64,000 bases of DNA from an uncultured Candidatus Saccharibacteria bacterium (GTDB lineage Bacteria > Patescibacteriota > Minisyncoccia > Phycocordibacterales > PALSA-1337). Positions 58,682 through 64,000 of this stretch are shown in pieces. Position 1 is the first letter of the stretch. The number at the start of each line of letters is the position of its first letter. The notes beneath the pieces were generated by a model, which ran no database searches, was not told the DNA's origin, and was given only the letters and a program-made list of their open reading frames with translations. The position numbers were made by a program, and so were the translations under genes. The stretch is taken from positions 4,276-68,275 of the forward strand of contig CAYXPQ010000003.1 in assembly GCA_964467225.1 (NCBI GenBank). Direction: 5' to 3'.

Positions 58682-59875
58682 CTATTTTAAAAATGACTTC
58701 TTTCTCAACAGTTTGTGATAATTTATTGCGAATCTATGTGCTTCTGCATTAGCTAGCAGAATAGCTTTTGAATGATCTTTAGCTAAATTTTCATCACCTA
58801 GGAAATAGCTTGGCTTATGTGAATCGTTCTTTACAACTGATACTACTGGTATATTGCCAATAACAGATTTGGCTGCATTAATCTGTGAAATTCCCCCGTC
58901 TATTACAATCAGATTTGGCATACCCCATTCTTCGTGCCTTAATCTTCTTATTAGAATTTCTTTTAAATTATTTATATCATCATTTGAATCTTTTGAGAGT
59001 TTAAATTTCTTATATTCTGATTTTGTCATTTCTCCATCAATCACCACTGTCATAACACCAACAGTGTTATTGCCAGACATATGTGCTATGTCATAAGCTT
59101 CAATCCTAAATCCGTTCAAATCAATTTCCCTATCCCTTTTAATCAATGAAACATCTTGAATGTGATTGAGGGCATATATTGTATTTCTAACTTTTTGAGC
59201 TCTTTCAAAATCTTGATCTTTGACATAATCATTCATCTCCTTTTCAAGAGTTTTGATCAATTCTTTCTTTTTGCCTTGGAAGAACAGTACAAGGTTTCTA
59301 ATGGTTCTTTGATATTCTTTTTTTGACTCTGGCGAATCAGTTGTTGGTGATAGGCCTATTGATTTATAGAATGATTCTTGGTATTTTAATTTAGATTTCT
59401 CATCTCGAAAGGGGAAAATTTTCCTAATTATTTTTAGTGCATCTCTAAGGAGATTGCCTTGTGGATATGGACCGAATTGATACTTAATTTTATCTTTAAA
59501 AGCGTTTAATGATCTTTCTCTAACTATACAAACCCGAGGAAATTCTTCTTCAGTTATCACCACAAGATTGTAGCTTCTATCATCCTTCTCTTTTGTATTG
59601 AAATATGGCTGATGTTTTTTTATTTCATTACTTTCTAAAATTATAGCCTCCAATACTGAATCTGTTTCAATATAATCTATGCTACTTGCTTTAGTAACCA
59701 TATCTACAAGTCGAGGACCCCTAGTCTCTATTAAATCATTAGAAAAATAACTCTTCACCCTATCTCTTAGTGAAGTTGCTCTCCCTATATACTGAATCTT
59801 ATTTTCACTGTCTTTAAAAATATAAATTCCAGGAGATTCAGGTAAATTCAAATTTTTGAATTCTTGACTGGTCAT
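58682..59875 (-). CDS. uvrC: excinuclease ABC subunit C, compact form (397 aa, no HhH tail)
   Basis: GIY-YIG (PGIYIFKD...YIGRATSLRDRV), UVR domain, C-terminal YDIAHMSG endonuclease motif. Confidence 0.85.
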   Translation of the reverse strand: MTSQEFKNLNLPESPGIYIFKDSENKIQYIGRATSLRDRVKSYFSNDLIETRGPRLVDMVTKASSIDYIETDSVLEAIILESNEIKKHQPYFNTKEKDDRSYNLVVITEEEFPRVCIVRERSLNAFKDKIKYQFGPYPQGNLLRDALKIIRKIFPFRDEKSKLKYQESFYKSIGLSPTTDSPESKKEYQRTIRNLVLFFQGKKKELIKTLEKEMNDYVKDQDFERAQKVRNTIYALNHIQDVSLIKRDREIDLNGFRIEAYDIAHMSGNNTVGVMTVVIDGEMTKSEYKKFKLSKDSNDDINNLKEILIRRLRHEEWGMPNLIVIDGGISQINAAKSVIGNIPVVSVVKNDSHKPSYFLGDENLAKDHSKAILLANAEAHRFAINYHKLLRKKSFLK

Positions 59876-59881
59876 AATTAA

Positions 59882-62506
59882 CTATCTCTTCAAAACTTTC
59901 TTCAAATAATGTCCTGTATAAGACTTCTCATTTCGAGCAACATCTTCTGGTGTTCCTCTTGCTACCAATTTGCCTCCTCTAGATCCTCCATCTGGTCCTA
60001 TATCTATTATATAATCCGCTGATTTTATCAAGTCGAGATTGTGTTCAATCACCACTACTGTATTTCCTTTATCAACTAACTTTTGTAATATCTCAATTAA
60101 CTTTTTAACATCTTCATAATGCAATCCGACTGTAGGCTCATCTAATAGATAAATAGTTTTTTGCAAATGAGCTCTATATAGTTCAGATGAGATTTTGACT
60201 CTTTGAGCTTCTCCTCCTGAAAGGGTTGTTGCTGATTGGCCTAATTTCAAATATCCCAATCCCACTTCCGAAAGTGTTATTAATCTATCATAAACAGCAG
60301 GAATATCCTCAAAGAAAATCAATCCATCTTCTACAGTCATTTCCAGAACATCAAATACACTTTTACTTTTATATTTGACATCAAGTGTTTCTTTTGTAAA
60401 TCTCTTGCCCTGACAAACTTCACAAGTTACATACACAGTAGGTAGGAAATGCATTTCAACTGCTATTTCCCCATTTCCCTGACATGCTTCGCATCTTCCA
60501 CCTTTCACATTGAAAGAGAATCTTCCTGGTCCCCAACCATGAGCCCTAGCTTCAGCTGATGCAGAAAATAAATCACGAATGTGAGTCCAAGCGCCGGTAT
60601 AAGTTACAGGATTTGATCTGGGAGTTCTACCGATTGCGCTTTGATCGATCAATATTGTTCTACCCAAATATTCGCTACCTGTAAAACTTTCACAATTAAA
60701 TATTTTTGCTGTTCTATGTCTGAACTCTAGTTTAGCTTCAAGATTTTTATGTAATATTTCATACATAAAAGAAGATTTGCCTGAACCAGATACTCCTGTA
60801 ATAACATTGAGACAGCCGAGAGGAACTTCAACGTCTAAATCCTTAATATTGAATATATTTCCTCCTTTAACTATCAATTTACCTTTCGGCTCTCGTCTTT
60901 TTTCTGGAATTTCTACTCTTTTTTCATTTCTTAAATATGAAAGGGTTAATGACCCTGAGGTATTCTTTTTCGCTGTAAGAAGATCATCCAAATACCCAGA
61001 TACCACAACTTTGCCACCGTGAACACCAGCTCCAGGACCAATATCAACGATGTAGTCCGATGCAAACATGGTATCTTCATCGTGTTCAACTACTATAATA
61101 GTGTTACCCAAATCCCTAAGAGTTGTAAGAGTTTTGATCAATCTATCATTATCTCTTTGATGCAGACCTATTGTTGGTTCATCAAGTACATATAAAGCAC
61201 CAACAAGACCTGAGCCTAGCTGAGAGGCGAGACGAATTCTTTGGGCTTCTCCTCCTGATAAAGTATGAGCTCTTCGATCTAAAGTTAAATATTCGATCCC
61301 AACATTAATCATAAATTGAAGTCTGGATTCTATTTCTTTCAAAATAACTTTTGCAATTTCCTTTTCTGTCTCTGTTAACTTTATATCCTTAAAGAAGACT
61401 TCTGCTTCTTCAATAGACATGGAAGTAACATTTACAATATTTTTTGAATCAATTCTTACATGTAAGGCTTCATCACGAAGTCTCGCACCCTTGCAAGTCT
61501 CACAAGTCTCATTGCTAAAGAATTCTCTAGTTCCTAATCCATTACAGGTTGGACATGCTCCGTATGGTGAGTTAAATGAAAATAATCTAGGCTCTATTTC
61601 AGGATATGAGAATCCATCATATGGACACATGAATTTCACGGACATTAATTTCTCTTCATCCGGAAATTCAATTTTGATCAAACCTTGAGCTTCTTCTATA
61701 GCTTTTTCTAAAGCTTCTGAAAGTCTTTCTTTTGCATTCTCAAATTTTTTGGTATCACGCCCAACAACCTTAAACTCTGTAAGGAAAATTTCATCGACAA
61801 GCACATCAATATCATGCTTCTTATTTTTGTCTAAAATAATCTGTTCTCTTAGGCGAACTACATTGCCATCAACTTTGACTTTGTCATAGCCTTTGCCAAG
61901 TAGATCATACAAAAGCTGGTAATATTCACCCTTTCTTCCAACAACAACTGGAGCATAAATTTTGACCTTTTGGTCACTTATATCTATACCCATTACACTT
62001 TTACCTGCTCTATTGTGAGTTGTGACTTGCTTGATTATTGTATTCAATATTTCCTCCTTTGAAATTCTATGAATTTCTCTTCCACATGTTAAACAATGAG
62101 GCTTACCGACTCTGGCAAATAGAATTCTCAAATAATCATATATTTCTGTAGTGGTTGCCACAGTAGAGCGAGGATTATTTGATCTTGATTTCTGATCTAT
62201 TGAAATTGCAGGAGAAAGTCCGATTATCTCATCTACATCAGGCTTTTGCATTTGCCTCAAGAATTGTCTCGCGTATGAAGACAAAGACTCAACATATCTT
62301 CTTTGACCCTCTGCAAAAATAGTATCAAATGCAAGAGAAGATTTGCCTGAACCAGACAGACCAGTGATGGCTATCATCTTATTTCTTGGCATTTCAACGG
62401 TAATATTCTTAAGATTATGCGTTCTAGCACCACGAACAATGATCTGCTCATCACCGCGCTCATTAAAATGCTTATTTTCAGGATTTTTGGACTCCTTTTT
62501 TGACAT
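59882..62506 (-). CDS. uvrA: excinuclease ABC subunit A
   Basis: Two ABC ATPase modules (GLSGSGKSSLAF, GVSGSGKSS), zinc fingers CxxC, LSGGEAQR signatures. Confidence 0.95.
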   Translation of the reverse strand: MSKKESKNPENKHFNERGDEQIIVRGARTHNLKNITVEMPRNKMIAITGLSGSGKSSLAFDTIFAEGQRRYVESLSSYARQFLRQMQKPDVDEIIGLSPAISIDQKSRSNNPRSTVATTTEIYDYLRILFARVGKPHCLTCGREIHRISKEEILNTIIKQVTTHNRAGKSVMGIDISDQKVKIYAPVVVGRKGEYYQLLYDLLGKGYDKVKVDGNVVRLREQIILDKNKKHDIDVLVDEIFLTEFKVVGRDTKKFENAKERLSEALEKAIEEAQGLIKIEFPDEEKLMSVKFMCPYDGFSYPEIEPRLFSFNSPYGACPTCNGLGTREFFSNETCETCKGARLRDEALHVRIDSKNIVNVTSMSIEEAEVFFKDIKLTETEKEIAKVILKEIESRLQFMINVGIEYLTLDRRAHTLSGGEAQRIRLASQLGSGLVGALYVLDEPTIGLHQRDNDRLIKTLTTLRDLGNTIIVVEHDEDTMFASDYIVDIGPGAGVHGGKVVVSGYLDDLLTAKKNTSGSLTLSYLRNEKRVEIPEKRREPKGKLIVKGGNIFNIKDLDVEVPLGCLNVITGVSGSGKSSFMYEILHKNLEAKLEFRHRTAKIFNCESFTGSEYLGRTILIDQSAIGRTPRSNPVTYTGAWTHIRDLFSASAEARAHGWGPGRFSFNVKGGRCEACQGNGEIAVEMHFLPTVYVTCEVCQGKRFTKETLDVKYKSKSVFDVLEMTVEDGLIFFEDIPAVYDRLITLSEVGLGYLKLGQSATTLSGGEAQRVKISSELYRAHLQKTIYLLDEPTVGLHYEDVKKLIEILQKLVDKGNTVVVIEHNLDLIKSADYIIDIGPDGGSRGGKLVARGTPEDVARNEKSYTGHYLKKVLKR

Positions 62507-62549
62507 AGTTATTAACTATAACAATATATAAATAATAGGCAAATCCTAA

Positions 62550-63350
62550 CTATTTGTTATCTAGTACTTCTTTAACTTCCCTTATAATTTCCTCTAGTGA
62601 GGCTGCGGCTTTAACGATAAATCTTTTAGCTCCCAAAAACTTAGCTTTATCAATGTAATTCTGAGTATTCATATTTGACAATATAACAACTGGAAGCTTT
62701 CGGAGTTTTTCCATTGATCTCATTTTCTCTAATATATCTATACCAGTCATTCCAGGTAATAATATATCTAGAACGACTATATCTGGAATTTCCTTTTCTA
62801 AGTATGCAAATGCCTCCTCAGAATTTGAAGCCTTATTCAAAATAAACCCTGCTTTTAATAATTTTTTTGAAAGAATAACGCTTAATAACTTATCGTCTTC
62901 AACCCAAAGGATTTTCCTCTGCGCCCCTATTGGCACATTATTTTCCTTATTTTGATTATCGTCTACTTTTTGCGATTGTCTACCAAAAACTTTATTAACT
63001 CTTTCCACTATCTCTGTAGGTTCAATATGAGGCTTGATTACTATCTCTTTAATAGTTGGAGTTGAAGGAATTTTTTTCATCTCAATTGGCAAGCCAGAAT
63101 TAGAAACAATTATGACTGGAATCTTTGTGATAAATCTATCGAAACTCTTTTCGGTTAAAATGTCATAGCCGTTCTTGTCAGATAATGATATATCGATAAT
63201 GAGTAAATCAGGAGAAAAACTTTTTAAATTTTCAATTACTTTTGTACCATCACGGAGAACGAGAGTCTTATACTCTAGCTTACCGAGTTCATTGTCAGTA
63301 GTATCAGCTAGAGTTACATCGCTTATAGCAATGAGAATTTTCTCTTTCAT
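62550..63350 (-). CDS. response regulator with two tandem receiver domains and no output domain
   Basis: Second REC: ILWVEDDKLL...DIVVLDILLPGMTGIDIL...PVVILSN; first REC degenerate (LLIIDISL). Confidence 0.75.
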   Translation of the reverse strand: MKEKILIAISDVTLADTTDNELGKLEYKTLVLRDGTKVIENLKSFSPDLLIIDISLSDKNGYDILTEKSFDRFITKIPVIIVSNSGLPIEMKKIPSTPTIKEIVIKPHIEPTEIVERVNKVFGRQSQKVDDNQNKENNVPIGAQRKILWVEDDKLLSVILSKKLLKAGFILNKASNSEEAFAYLEKEIPDIVVLDILLPGMTGIDILEKMRSMEKLRKLPVVILSNMNTQNYIDKAKFLGAKRFIVKAAASLEEIIREVKEVLDNK

Positions 63351-63437
63351 GTAATAAATTATAACACAGATTTATTATGATTATTTTTATTGAATTGAAA
63401 AGAGGTAATTTTGTGGATAAGATTTGTTTTTTATGGC

Positions 63438-64000
63438 TTAAATCTTTGGTTTTTTAGACATTTTCTTAATTTTATTTTTCTCATTTTCCAATTTTTTGTT
63501 CAAAGCAATAATCTCATCTCTAATAATTGCAGCAGATTCAAAATCCAATGCCTGCACTGCTCTTTCCATTTCTTTCTCCTTTTCTTTAATGAATTTCTGT
63601 GGGTTAGTTCTGATCAATTCCTCATCCATCTTCATTAATTCATTTACAGCTTTATCATGTTCAGTTCTTAGTTGATCTGTAATATCATGTATCTGCTTTA
63701 ATATCGTCTTTGGAGTTATGCCATTTTTATCATTATAATCCATTTGAATTTTCCTTCTTCTCTCTGTCTCTGATATTGCATATCTTAAAGCATCGTTCAT
63801 AACATCGACATAAAGTATGACTTTACCATTAATATTTCTGGCTGCACGGCCGATTATTTGAATCAGAGAAGTTTCAGATCTTAGAAATCCTGCCTTGTCT
63901 GCGTCTAATATACCAATCAGAGAAACTTCTGGCAGATCAAGTCCTTCTCGAAGCAAATTTACTCCCACCAAACAATCAAATTTACCTTTTCTAAAGTCTG
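63438..64000 (-). CDS. uvrB: excinuclease ABC subunit B, C-terminal part (gene continues beyond window end)
   Basis: Helicase motif VI IGRAARN and C-terminal UVR domain [14 protein letters not shown]; ORF open to position 64000. Confidence 0.85.
   Translation of the reverse strand, partial: DFRKGKFDCLVGVNLLREGLDLPEVSLIGILDADKAGFLRSETSLIQIIGRAARNINGKVILYVDVMNDALRYAISETERRRKIQMDYNDKNGITPKTILKQIHDITDQLRTEHDKAVNELMKMDEELIRTNPQKFIKEKEKEMERAVQALDFESAAIIRDEIIALNKKLENEKNKIKKMSKKPKI

Noticed and set aside
34685-62531. Further short track ORFs overlapping larger genes (34685-35110+, 39198-39497+, 38776-39087-, 41016-42151+, 43030-44014, 44436-44949-, 45195-45971-, 48376-48820, 51112-51372+, 52729-53118-, 54396-55991+, 58043-58718+, 58854-59096+, 60777-61688+, 62343-62531+, 63411-63638+)
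   Set aside because: All are shadow ORFs inside or antisense to confidently assigned genes.
1-64000. CRISPR arrays, rRNA genes, integrases/transposases and restriction-modification methyltransferases
   Set aside because: I looked for regularly spaced direct repeats, rRNA-like GC blocks, and recombinase or methyltransferase motifs. None was found. The only repeats are the two duplicated terminator modules described above.

Overview
This is a low-GC (roughly one-third G+C), gene-dense bacterial window with short intergenic spacers. Many genes appear to be leaderless: a TGnTATAAT-like -10 element sits a few nucleotides before the ATG. Several aminoacyl-tRNA synthetases and repair proteins are shorter than in model bacteria. 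Together these traits suggest, by inference only, a reduced-genome Patescibacteria/CPR-type organism using the standard genetic code.

Conserved core content:
- Translation and transcription: mnmA, alaS, and a fused ribosomal-protein/RNA-polymerase operon (infA-rpmJ-rpsM-rpsK-rpsD-rpoA-rplQ-rplM-rpsI, where rpmJ is a 38-aa L36 gene missing from the ORF track), plus rpmA, rplI, rplU and tRNA-Ala(UGC).
- Aminoacyl-tRNA synthetases: trpS, an archaeal-type aspS, gltX, cysS and valS.
- Chaperones: grpE-dnaK and a zinc-finger-less dnaJ.
- Cell envelope and division: mltG, scpA-scpB-ftsW-murG, an M23 peptidase, alr, a murE-type ligase, ddl, ctpA and plsC.
- DNA replication and repair: UDG, dnaB-recR, rmuC and uvrB (3' part)-uvrA-uvrC.

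Observations worth a second look:
1. A peptidoglycan side-chain module (alr, an orphan ATP-grasp ligase, an AsnB-type amidotransferase, murE) with a canonical ddl encoded elsewhere. This hints at a D-Asp/D-isoAsn-type stem-peptide modification.
2. An accessory insertion splitting dnaK from dnaJ: an XRE regulator with upstream TTGCA repeats, a small membrane protein, a RhuM-Fic protein and an Sm-like small protein. A duplicated ~46-bp terminator hairpin flanks the regulator gene within it.
3. A roughly 250-nt GC-rich structured RNA gene at 49.07-49.32 kb with a consensus sigma70 promoter and intrinsic terminator. Its class is unassigned.
4. A tRNA-like element immediately 3' of aspS, with a 9-bp acceptor helix and a canonical T-arm but no anticodon arm.
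5. A roughly 350-nt structured leader with a strong intrinsic terminator upstream of valS. It contains a T-box-like UAUGGUGGA core and may be a T-box riboswitch.
6. A duplicated ~48-bp terminator/promoter module bracketing a GC-rich ORF next to tRNA-Ala.
7. A scattered set of GC-rich small genes, each with a near-consensus promoter, embedded in AT-rich housekeeping DNA.
8. An ATP-cone domain fused to an Mrr-type nuclease.
9. Two orphan multi-TM histidine kinases and an orphan dual-REC response regulator.

No CRISPR array, rRNA or integrase/transposase gene is visible.
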